A DNA stretch of 64,000 nucleotides from a virus. Taxonomy: Duplodnaviria > Caudoviricetes. The notes beneath the pieces were generated by a model. That model made no database searches. It was not told the origin of the DNA and worked only from the letters and a program-made list of their open reading frames with translations. Both the position numbers and the translations under genes were made by a program. Below, in pieces: positions 38,539 to 47,358 of the stretch. How positions within the stretch are numbered: position 1 is the first letter of the stretch; every line of letters begins with the position of its first letter. The DNA lies in IMG/VR virus record IMGVR_UViG_3300010167_000013. The stretch is one strand, 5' to 3'.

Positions 38539-41376
38539 ATGCCTAAGGAATCAAAACAAAAGTCAAAGGAATTACCAAAAGCAAACGATATCAAGATAAA
38601 TAAAATCAATGTCTTCTTCAAACCACCCATACTGAAATCGGTTATGAAGATATTGACAATGGAACACAGTGGGTTCCGAACACTCAAATCAGTTAAAAAT
38701 ATAAATCGTCTATTCAACTCCCTAGATATGAGTAAATATAACACTGAGGAACTCATATCATATGTCTGGTGCATCAAGTATATGTCAAAGCAATGGTTGG
38801 ATGGCATCACAAGTATAGATCTAATATGGGAGGGAGCTAAGCGTAGTACTGAGTATGATATCATCAAGGATGATATTATATCCAAGTCTATCGGGGATCC
38901 AAATATTATATCAGCTCCAGAAGCCAAAGCTGTATTTAATTTGATTGGTGAAGCTCTCCAGTTTGGATTTCTGGTAGCAATAAAAGATAAGTATGAAGAT
39001 CTATTGATGCAGATCGATCTGGATAACCCTGGAGCATTCAGAGAACTTGCAGATAGGCTATTTACCATATCTCAATCTCTACTGGATATCAAACATAACA
39101 CGAATCTAGTAACAAACAAGGTTACATTCAACACAGGTGATATGGATTCAGTGAAGGAATCAATATCTCAAACGATTACATCATTGAGTGCATCAAATAA
39201 TATATTCAAGGTTGGAATCAAAAGGTTGAATACGTTACTGTCTCCTGGGTACATGAATGGTGCTATCTATGTGTATCTGGGGTTGCCTGGTTCAGGAAAA
39301 GCGCAACCCGATGATACTCCAATTCCGACACCTAATGGATTTAAGCGTCTTGATGAATTAAATATAGGAGATTATATATTTAATTTGGATGGGGAACCAA
39401 CTTTGATCACTGGAATATTTCCCCAAGGTATACAAGACACTTATAAGGTTACATTTACAGATGGAAGATCCACTAGATGTAATATTGAACATCTTTGGTA
39501 TACTCTTGCAAGAAACGGAAGCACTGGATACTATAGTCCTGTAATAAGAAAGCTTTCTGAGATGATGGATGATTTTGAAAGGGATCATCCAAGTGATCCT
39601 GGAAAGAAACATCATAAATATATAATACCGAATAATGGTGTAGTAAGGTTCTCTGAACAAGAAGTGAGAGTGCATCCATGGGCAATAGGATATATTATAG
39701 GAAATGGATGTTGTAAACAACGAGAATTTCAGGTATCATCACCCGATAATTTAGCCCCAAAGAAAATTGCCAGGATACTTAATAAAAAATGGGAGAGTTC
39801 TCATGATACAAACTATTCATATATCTTTAGAAATCAGAATCGTAGTAGATTCCATACCAAAGATTTGATAGGAGATATTCCGGAGATATTTGATAAATAT
39901 TCATATGAGAGGCGAATTCCTCCTTCGTATTTATATAATACCGAAAGTGTGAGAAAAGAATTGTTGAGGGGGTTGATGGATAGTGATGGATGTATAACTG
40001 TTAATAGAGAAAGAGATATTCCAAAATTTAATGTATCATATTCTACTAGTTCAAAAGGACTAGCTGAAGATATAATGTTGCTTCTTAGATCTTTGGGTAT
40101 AGCATGTTCTATATATGAGTATGATCCATTAAATAGAACAAATCCTAATAGTAATAGAATTGAATATAGTATCACATTGAATACATCAAATTTGAAAATT
40201 TCTACATTATTCACTTTAGGTAAAAAATATGAATTAGCCATGGAGGCTTTTTCATATCGTAACATAAGGCGATATGAATTTAATAGAATATGTAATATTG
40301 AAAAAGTTGAACCTACGAGTCAAAGATGTATTATGGTGAAAGATTGGAGACATGTATATCTCACTGAAGATTTTATTCCAACTCATAATAGTTTGATGCT
40401 CCTGAAGTCTGCGCTAGATATAAGAAAGTATAATCCCAACTTTCAGCCGAAGACTCCAGGAATGAAACCAGCTGTGTTATACATTACAATGGAGAACACT
40501 TTCACAGAAACCATTGAAAGAATATGGAACATGTCATTCGATGATAGTATCACGAATTACACAGAAGAGCAAGCCATTGAAAAAATATCCAAGGAGCTAG
40601 GAATTGATTATATCTATCGAGATGATATTCAAGTCACTGACATGGACACTGGGAAAAGTGAAATAGCTGAACTATTGGCAAATAAGGATGATATACAAAA
40701 CATAGAAGTTGTCGTGAAATATTTTACATACAGAGAAATCAATACAGATGATCTATTTGTAATTATTCAAGATCTCAGGGATGAAAATCTAGAAGTATGT
40801 GCGCTGGTAGTTGATTATATTAAGAGGATAAGACCTGCCGATGGGGTTCCTTCTGACAACGAAAAACTTGAATTGAATAGGGCAATAAATGAACTGAAGG
40901 CACTGGCTGGAATACTAGATATTCCTGTCATCACTGCTCATCAGATGAATAGAGTTGCTGCAGCTACTGTTGATGGAGCAGCTAGAGATGGAAAGGGAGA
41001 TGTAACTAAATTAGTTGGTAGAGAGCACGTTGGATCTGCCTTCGAGATCATAGAAAGCGCTGACTGGGCTGCTGTCTTGAACATCGAATACAAACCTGGC
41101 TCTATGGATGATAGATATCTGGTCATCAATGTAGTGAAGAGAAGAAGGATAGAAGCTGGAGAATCAGACTTCGCCAAATATACATACATTGCTCATCCAT
41201 TTGCCAAGAATAATGGATTTCGATTATTGGATGACTTTGGCTTGGACAAGATATTATCAGTGCAAAGTTTGGTGACTGATATCAATGAAGTTGGAAAGGA
41301 AAAGACAAATGCTACCGAGAGGCTAAAGATAATGAGCCCATCGGAGTTTGTTGAACTTGATGATGACTTTGATTAA
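38539..41376 (+). CDS. dnaB: DnaB-like replicative helicase, intein-containing
   Basis: GLPGSGK|S Walker A split by an intein; YITME, VVDY, PVITAHQMNR, IESAD. Confidence 0.88.
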   Translation: MPKESKQKSKELPKANDIKINKINVFFKPPILKSVMKILTMEHSGFRTLKSVKNINRLFNSLDMSKYNTEELISYVWCIKYMSKQWLDGITSIDLIWEGAKRSTEYDIIKDDIISKSIGDPNIISAPEAKAVFNLIGEALQFGFLVAIKDKYEDLLMQIDLDNPGAFRELADRLFTISQSLLDIKHNTNLVTNKVTFNTGDMDSVKESISQTITSLSASNNIFKVGIKRLNTLLSPGYMNGAIYVYLGLPGSGKAQPDDTPIPTPNGFKRLDELNIGDYIFNLDGEPTLITGIFPQGIQDTYKVTFTDGRSTRCNIEHLWYTLARNGSTGYYSPVIRKLSEMMDDFERDHPSDPGKKHHKYIIPNNGVVRFSEQEVRVHPWAIGYIIGNGCCKQREFQVSSPDNLAPKKIARILNKKWESSHDTNYSYIFRNQNRSRFHTKDLIGDIPEIFDKYSYERRIPPSYLYNTESVRKELLRGLMDSDGCITVNRERDIPKFNVSYSTSSKGLAEDIMLLLRSLGIACSIYEYDPLNRTNPNSNRIEYSITLNTSNLKISTLFTLGKKYELAMEAFSYRNIRRYEFNRICNIEKVEPTSQRCIMVKDWRHVYLTEDFIPTHNSLMLLKSALDIRKYNPNFQPKTPGMKPAVLYITMENTFTETIERIWNMSFDDSITNYTEEQAIEKISKELGIDYIYRDDIQVTDMDTGKSEIAELLANKDDIQNIEVVVKYFTYREINTDDLFVIIQDLRDENLEVCALVVDYIKRIRPADGVPSDNEKLELNRAINELKALAGILDIPVITAHQMNRVAAATVDGAARDGKGDVTKLVGREHVGSAFEIIESADWAAVLNIEYKPGSMDDRYLVINVVKRRRIEAGESDFAKYTYIAHPFAKNNGFRLLDDFGLDKILSVQSLVTDINEVGKEKTNATERLKIMSPSEFVELDDDFD
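39301..40389 (+). mobile_element. Intein (363 aa) with LAGLIDADG homing endonuclease, Ala-1 start
   Basis: AQPDDTPIPTPNG...EHLW...IGYIIGNG...LRGLMDSDG...QRCIMV...FIPTHN|S. Confidence 0.9.
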
Positions 41377-41407
41377 AATAAGCCCCACATTTAGTGGGGC
41401 TTATTTT
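41375..41407. terminator. Bidirectional hairpin terminator
   Basis: AAAATAAGCCCCAC-ATTTA-GTGGGGCTTATTTT. Confidence 0.75.
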
Positions 41408-41688
41408 TACACATATTTTTCTAGGATATCATCCAGCTCATCAGGATATGAATCGAAACCATCCATCTCAATAGTTTCACTCAAGAACTCTTCTTCATCG
41501 CATTCTTTTCGAACTATGTTTATCATGGTAGCTTCCATCATACCAGCTAACTCAACCATCTTCATCAAAGTTTCTTCAATTTCATCATCAATGTTTCCAT
41601 CTTCTCTGATTTCATTTACATCAGACATGAATGAGTCTAGTTTCATGATAGATTGTTTGAGTAATCCCAATGGAAGTTTGTGTTCCAT
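41407..41688 (-). CDS. Small acidic hypothetical protein
   Basis: GGAGG SD; coupled to the upstream gene. Confidence 0.6.
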   Translation of the reverse strand: MEHKLPLGLLKQSIMKLDSFMSDVNEIREDGNIDDEIEETLMKMVELAGMMEATMINIVRKECDEEEFLSETIEMDGFDSYPDELDDILEKYV

Positions 41689-42533
41689 TATTCTTCCTCC
41701 TCCTCTGTTTCGAATTCCATATTGATATTTTTAGCTTTCACATACGTGTACTGGTTATTTGACAATGGAACGTTTGGTAAAACCCAAGGTGAATATTTGT
41801 AGCAGTCCATTCTTCCAAAAACCAAACAGCTGCCACCATTATTTTTAGTGAATGTAAACTTATAACAGATAAATTGTCCAATATCTCCATTACATATAAA
41901 TGTTTTTGGACTCCATACGGTATTCGGAAATGTTATTTCGACTCTAGAATCAACAACTATCCAATTTGCTTTATCGTTAGATCCTTCAACGATCCATGTA
42001 TTTGGAGAGCATATAGCCATGGTGTTATCATGAGATGACCCTCTAGTACTGATAGAATATTCTTCTAATAGTTGTGGCTGATTCAACATCACTGACAACG
42101 CCTCATTTCCTATTCCACCTGAGTAAGAATTGTTGGCTGTTGCCCATCCATCTCCTGTCTGCACCCTTCTAAATAGAAGCCAAGGTTCAAAAGTGGAATT
42201 ATACACAGAAGATCTTTCTATTACATAAGGAGATGGAGAAGTATTCGATGTCATTACTGGAACGATATATGTCAATGGTCTTGTGACGCCTAGGACCCCT
42301 ATTAACTCAGGATACTCTTCTATGTCAATCTCTCGTCCATCCATCCGTAACCATATTCCTTGATTGGTATATACTACAGGATCATTCCATCCCATCACTT
42401 GTTGCCATCCTATTGGGTAGGCTAATGTATCTGCAACAAATACTACTTTAGCAGGTTTCTTTCTATCTATTTCGGTCTTTACTCCGTTCAACAATCTTTT
42501 TATTCCAGATGAATCAACTAGCTTTTGTTGCAA
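41688..42533 (-). CDS. Tail-fibre-like protein: collar domain enclosing an F5/8 type C (discoidin-like) domain
   Basis: PIG...WLRMDGREIDIEEYPEL...PNTWIVEGSND..NW..VD...YVKA. Confidence 0.72.
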   Translation of the reverse strand: MQQKLVDSSGIKRLLNGVKTEIDRKKPAKVVFVADTLAYPIGWQQVMGWNDPVVYTNQGIWLRMDGREIDIEEYPELIGVLGVTRPLTYIVPVMTSNTSPSPYVIERSSVYNSTFEPWLLFRRVQTGDGWATANNSYSGGIGNEALSVMLNQPQLLEEYSISTRGSSHDNTMAICSPNTWIVEGSNDKANWIVVDSRVEITFPNTVWSPKTFICNGDIGQFICYKFTFTKNNGGSCLVFGRMDCYKYSPWVLPNVPLSNNQYTYVKAKNINMEFETEEEEE

Positions 42534-42563
42534 CTGTCATCCCTCCTCTACAAGATCTTGGAA

Positions 42564-44189
42564 CTATTCCACTTCATATTTGAATCCCTTGTGGTTAGCC
42601 TTGACGTATGTATACTTCCCGTTCACAAGTGGTACGTTCTCCAATGATGGTTCTGATTTTACATATATAAGTTTTAGATCCCCAATACAAACACAGTTAC
42701 TATCGCCGATAGCTTCAGTTTTTGTGATGTTCAATTTGTAGAATTTGTACATTTTCCTCTCGGGTAACATGTACTGCTTGGATGCATATGCAGTTAGTGG
42801 GAATGACTGACCTGTTTGACTATCAATAACATCCCACGTATTTCCGTCTAAACTTCCTTCTAATGTCCATTGAGATGGATTGAATGAATACTTGACATTA
42901 GTATTTACACCTCTACGGTGAATGATGTATTTGTCAATGCTTTTCTTCTCCGGAAGTTCAATCACCAACCAAACATCTTTATTGGCTACATAGTTTGTGA
43001 AACAGCTATTTGGTGTGCTCCAACAGTCATGTTCATCGTTGAGCCCGGCTACTTGATCGAATGCTTTCCATGGTTGGTAGGTTGGAGTATGTAACGGCAT
43101 CCCAGGTGGCATTGATGCTTTATACCCATTCATCTCATTGCCGTTCATGGCTGGTGTGATGATAACGTCACCAGTAAAACAGTCCAATGTTGTACTACCA
43201 GCCAACTCGGGGTATTCTTCTATATCTATTTCTCTACCATCACATCTCAACCATTCACCATCATGTGCATATACTATTGGATCATTACATGCTAATACTT
43301 TTAACCACCCTATTGGATAGTTTGGATACATACGATGATCTGTAGCCTTTATGTATGAATTTAGATCATCAACTGGTGGAATGTTTTTCAGAAAATAAAT
43401 CGGCTTTCTAAATAAACCTAACTCCGAGATAGTTAGCTGTGTGGATGTTGATTTTATCTTGGTTATAGTTAACCTGTAGAACTTGAATGGTTTTGATTCT
43501 TCTGCCAGTGAGTATATAAAACGCTGCGCATGGGCTGTGAAGTTCTGATCTGTTTGAGAATCTATTACCTCAAAATTGGCACCATCGAATGATCCCTCGA
43601 TAATCCAGTCAACAGGTGAACCAAAGGAGCTACCAGTAAGAAGATTAGACCCAGCATTACGTCTACAACTGCTTATCCCGTAGGAACTAATTGAATTTCC
43701 AACAGGCAGTTCCATTTGTATCCAGTCGTTTCCTACAGCTCCTGGATATGAGTTAACGGAGGATGCCCATTGATAGTATGGAGGTGTATTAGAAGTTGTT
43801 ACACTTCTAACACGGGTGAACGCATACCATGCTCTAGTCATAGTATCAGCATACCTTGACTCAGATGCTGTAAATCCATTTGTAGTGACTCCAGTCATTA
43901 TTGGGGTCACGAGTGCATCATCACTAGGCGCCTCAATATAGCTAATCGCTGTAGCACCTGCTAACTCAGGATACATTTCTATATCTATTTCTCTACCATC
44001 ACATTTTAACCATACATTACCCCAATAATCAGTAACTATATCATCTATCCAAGCTGCTTTAGTAATAGCTCCTACAGGCAAATCAGGTATCACAGAAGTA
44101 ACATGAGGATGTTTGAGATCAGCCTTCTTTGCATTGATAGCGCGGAGAGCTCGTGTCAATCCAAGGTTGTCTATGAGTTTTTGAATCAT
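42564..44189 (-). CDS. Tail-fibre-like protein with two collar+discoidin modules
   Basis: Two WL.CDGREIDIE.YPELAG repeats, each followed by a P..W..EGS.DG...VID.Q domain with YKF/FYRL.IT. Confidence 0.75.
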   Translation of the reverse strand: MIQKLIDNLGLTRALRAINAKKADLKHPHVTSVIPDLPVGAITKAAWIDDIVTDYWGNVWLKCDGREIDIEMYPELAGATAISYIEAPSDDALVTPIMTGVTTNGFTASESRYADTMTRAWYAFTRVRSVTTSNTPPYYQWASSVNSYPGAVGNDWIQMELPVGNSISSYGISSCRRNAGSNLLTGSSFGSPVDWIIEGSFDGANFEVIDSQTDQNFTAHAQRFIYSLAEESKPFKFYRLTITKIKSTSTQLTISELGLFRKPIYFLKNIPPVDDLNSYIKATDHRMYPNYPIGWLKVLACNDPIVYAHDGEWLRCDGREIDIEEYPELAGSTTLDCFTGDVIITPAMNGNEMNGYKASMPPGMPLHTPTYQPWKAFDQVAGLNDEHDCWSTPNSCFTNYVANKDVWLVIELPEKKSIDKYIIHRRGVNTNVKYSFNPSQWTLEGSLDGNTWDVIDSQTGQSFPLTAYASKQYMLPERKMYKFYKLNITKTEAIGDSNCVCIGDLKLIYVKSEPSLENVPLVNGKYTYVKANHKGFKYEVE

Positions 44190-44207
44190 GTTATCCAGTG
44201 TCACCTC

Positions 44208-46051
44208 CTATAGATCTATCACTGTAAATTTTTTACTTTTCTTTCTCAATACATTTGTCCTGGTTTTAGCCCAAGATCTCAACTGAGGAATACCAGCGTC
44301 GACAATATCCCACATGTAAGTATCTTTTCCATCTGGCCTACGACGTAAACGTCCAGAAACTTGGTCTGCCAAAATCCAACTTTTGAATTGTTCACTTACT
44401 ACCAGCTTTGACAGATCCTTTACATCAAACCCAGTACCACAACTCTTCACAGTGCTTATCATGATTCTACACTCAGCTTTGATTCTGTCATTCTCTGCCT
44501 TCACATTACGAGAATGGATTGTTCCAACTTCTACATCAGGATACATTTCCCTCACGTATTTAGCTAACACTTCTACAGAAGCTATGGTGGGAGTCAGTAC
44601 CAACATCTTTCCGTATGTAACTTCTTCATTGGCCATCTTGATTACTTTTAGAATCTTCCTAAGAAATTTTGTCATAGTACCATCTGAAGGAATAATTAAT
44701 TCAGTGTAAGCCGGAATACTGATCCCATACCTCATCCATCTTCCAGCTCTTTCTGAGTACCTCATTGATGAGGTAACTTTTTTTATTTGTTCTTCTGTCA
44801 ATCCAGATTTCGTCCATACCATCTTCACGTTCATATGGGGTTTCATTCCATACACGTTACCTGGTTTTCTATTGAAGAGAGTTGGCTGTTTATCTTTCTC
44901 TCTGAAGATAGCGAGATCTCCAAACATTTGTTGATATAAATTATTTTCTTCATCAGCTGATCTACCGAATGTTCCTGTAAGGTACCAATTGTGACATATG
45001 TTGGAAGACCCATCTACCTTTATAATATTATGAAACCACATTTGTACTTCATCAATTACCTTTATCCCAAATTTATTATTCTTCATGATCTTCTCCAGAT
45101 CATATGTTTTGTTCAATACCGCTAATGATGCCTGGGATACTACAGCAAAATCAGCCTTGACATTGATAAAGTCTTTTGGGGAATTTACCGATAAAACTCT
45201 TTCGGCTGGAACCTTGAACATTTTGACTAATGTTTCAACCCATTGAGCTTTGATATTAGTGGTAGGAACTATTATAAGAGTACGTAATCCGACCTTGATA
45301 GCAGAGTAACAAGCCATAAATGTCTTTCCTGTCATTTATCTTTATGAAGTTCGCAACACTTCACAGGTCTATTACGACCTCTCTAGGATTTCCCTAGACA
45401 ACTACAGAATCTCACTGTAGAGGGGACTATTGTCCGTTGAGACTATATCTTCACTAGTACTACTGTTACCATAGTATTAGTGCTTCTCGTTTCCATTTAA
45501 GGGATTTTCACCCACCACCATTGGTTCTATTGGAACCTGCATTTGTGGCCGTACTCTTACTTCACTATATTGTAGCAGTATTTCTCTAGCTACATAGTTT
45601 TTCAGATAGTCGTTGAGGCTGCTTTCGCTTGCCTGCTGATTGCCCAATCCTCAATTTCAAGGCTCTAAGGACGTCCCAGCATTATATGAGAAGACGGGCC
45701 AGGATATTAACCCGGTGAGAGGATGCCTGCAAGTTTCTGTTTCTTTTTAGCACTCTCAGTAACGAATGCTATGAAATCTATTTGCAACTGATTCCTAGGC
45801 TCTGCATCGTGTTCAACAGGAGGTATATGAGCATAATTCCAATAAGTAGCAGATTTATCTTCTATATTAATAGAAGGAAAAACTTTCTTGATTGGATCTA
45901 TCATTCCAGTAGGTAAATATATTTTATGATTATCAAAATCCTCATAGGTGTATACTTTATCCATAGTTGCAACTAAGTCGTCTATCTTCTTCTTTTCTAT
46001 ATCCGTGTACTCGGAAAATATCAAACGGGTACGTTCTAAAACTACATTCAT
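44208..46051 (-). CDS. SF2 (UvsW/DEAD-like) helicase, 2 exons: 46051-45710 and 45332-44208
   Basis: Spliced Walker A LSPG|TGKT; DEVQ, LTGT, GTGFD, QVSGRLRR. Confidence 0.85.
45333..45709 (-). ncRNA. Group I intron (no ORF) in helicase Walker A
   Basis: P1 CGGGU/GCCCG with U.G at the splice site; ends ...AUAAAUG; CUCAACGACUA and AGAUAUAGUC core; core shared with the RNAP introns. Confidence 0.88.
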
Positions 46052-46196
46052 AATATCACCTTCAATCTCAACATATTAGCTTTATATAGAACGTTTCCGA
46101 TATATTTGATATAAAAAATAAGGTCATTCTACCCCAACATATTTTTATCTGGACACACAGCATAGAATGCATAAACATCGTATTAGTATATTTTTT

Positions 46197-46217
46197 GATT
46201 ATATATTCTAATGTAGA
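46197..46217 (+). promoter_or_regulatory. Putative early phage promoter GATTATATATTCTAATGTAGA
   Basis: Recurring motif upstream of 46241. Confidence 0.62.
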
Positions 46218-46240
46218 TAAAAGAAGGAGTTGTTGTTTGA

Positions 46241-46906
46241 ATGGACTATCTAAAAGAAACAGTCAGAGTTGATATCGGTGATCCACCTGGAGTAGCTGTT
46301 GGTACTGTCAAAGAGTATGTAAACCTTGATGAGCTAGAGACAGCTAAGTTGCTGTATGTCAGACTGAATAAGGATAGAACTAGCTTAAACTACCTGAATA
46401 TCCATGAGTGCACTGAGTACGCTAAGGAGATAAGGGAAGGACAGCTGAAAGAGTACCTAGCTGAAATGGCACTCTCCATTCGATTGGACAGTCCAGTTCA
46501 ATGGGGAATTTGGAAAGATGAGAAGACAATAGAGATTACCGTAGGAGAAGTAACAATAATGCAACGGAGCAATATTAAGAAGAGAGCTTCAATATCAAGA
46601 GGTACTATGATTAAAGAAATAAACGTTCATTCTGGCATGAACCCATTCACAAAAAAAGTGACTAACGAAATTAGAGATCTTCATGAGCTCGAATTCATTT
46701 ACCCTGAGACGAAGTCAAAAGTAGATCCAACGAGTCAGAAAGCAGAAGAAAGTAAATGGTGTCACGCACTCGGGAAAACCAACGTAACTTACCGAGGGAA
46801 GAAATTCAGTGTACAAGTGCACTGGTATGAACACCCTAATATTGGAGCATGCGGTAGAGATACCAAGGCTAACCTTGACATAGAGTTTGAAAAAGGAGAA
46901 TACTAA
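46241..46906 (+). CDS. Hypothetical protein with C-terminal IRD..L...W.H..G...VHWYE...G domain
   Basis: AAGGAG SD; C-terminal motif recalls a small nuclease/toxin-like domain of phage proteins (unverified). Confidence 0.6.
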   Translation: MDYLKETVRVDIGDPPGVAVGTVKEYVNLDELETAKLLYVRLNKDRTSLNYLNIHECTEYAKEIREGQLKEYLAEMALSIRLDSPVQWGIWKDEKTIEITVGEVTIMQRSNIKKRASISRGTMIKEINVHSGMNPFTKKVTNEIRDLHELEFIYPETKSKVDPTSQKAEESKWCHALGKTNVTYRGKKFSVQVHWYEHPNIGACGRDTKANLDIEFEKGEY

Positions 46907-47239
46907 ATGAACATGCAGATGCATAAACCTTACATCAGAGAGGTATTGACAAGCAATGGGGTTGTTATTACCGATGGACCAAACAATGAATACGTTGAAA
47001 CACTACCAAATGACAATAAAACGGTTGTTCTTCTAAGAAGAGCTATACAACTATGGAAGAACAACGAGCAAAGTGCATTCCTTGCCCTAATAGACAACAG
47101 TGATTCATATGAGGACTTTTCTGTCGACGACAGGTTTGTTTTCAAATGTACTATATTTGATGATGGAGAGAAGATTACTAGCATTTCTGATATACTGGAG
47201 GATATCAGTATTGAAAGATCTTTACAAGCGGTGAAGTGA
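46907..47239 (+). CDS. Small acidic hypothetical protein (coupled to upstream gene)
   Basis: Starts immediately after the upstream stop; AGGAG SD. Confidence 0.6.
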   Translation: MNMQMHKPYIREVLTSNGVVITDGPNNEYVETLPNDNKTVVLLRRAIQLWKNNEQSAFLALIDNSDSYEDFSVDDRFVFKCTIFDDGEKITSISDILEDISIERSLQAVK

Positions 47240-47250
47240 TATTATCGGAC

Positions 47251-47282
47251 AATGATAGCCAGGATATATCCTGGCTATCATT
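47251..47282 (+). terminator. Palindromic hairpin terminator
   Basis: AATGATAGCCAGGATATATCCTGGCTATCATT followed by T-rich tail. Confidence 0.72.
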
Positions 47283-47358
47283 TGTTGTTCTATCTATTTT
47301 TTATAACATGATTCTCACAGCTAAGTAAGCTCATAACATATAATAGAGGTGAAGTAGC

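Noticed and set aside
41688-44189. Shufflon or diversity-generating retroelement acting on the fibre cassettes
   Set aside because: Repeats are direct and in-frame. No recombinase or reverse transcriptase is in the window, and there is no template/variable repeat pair with adenine-specific differences.
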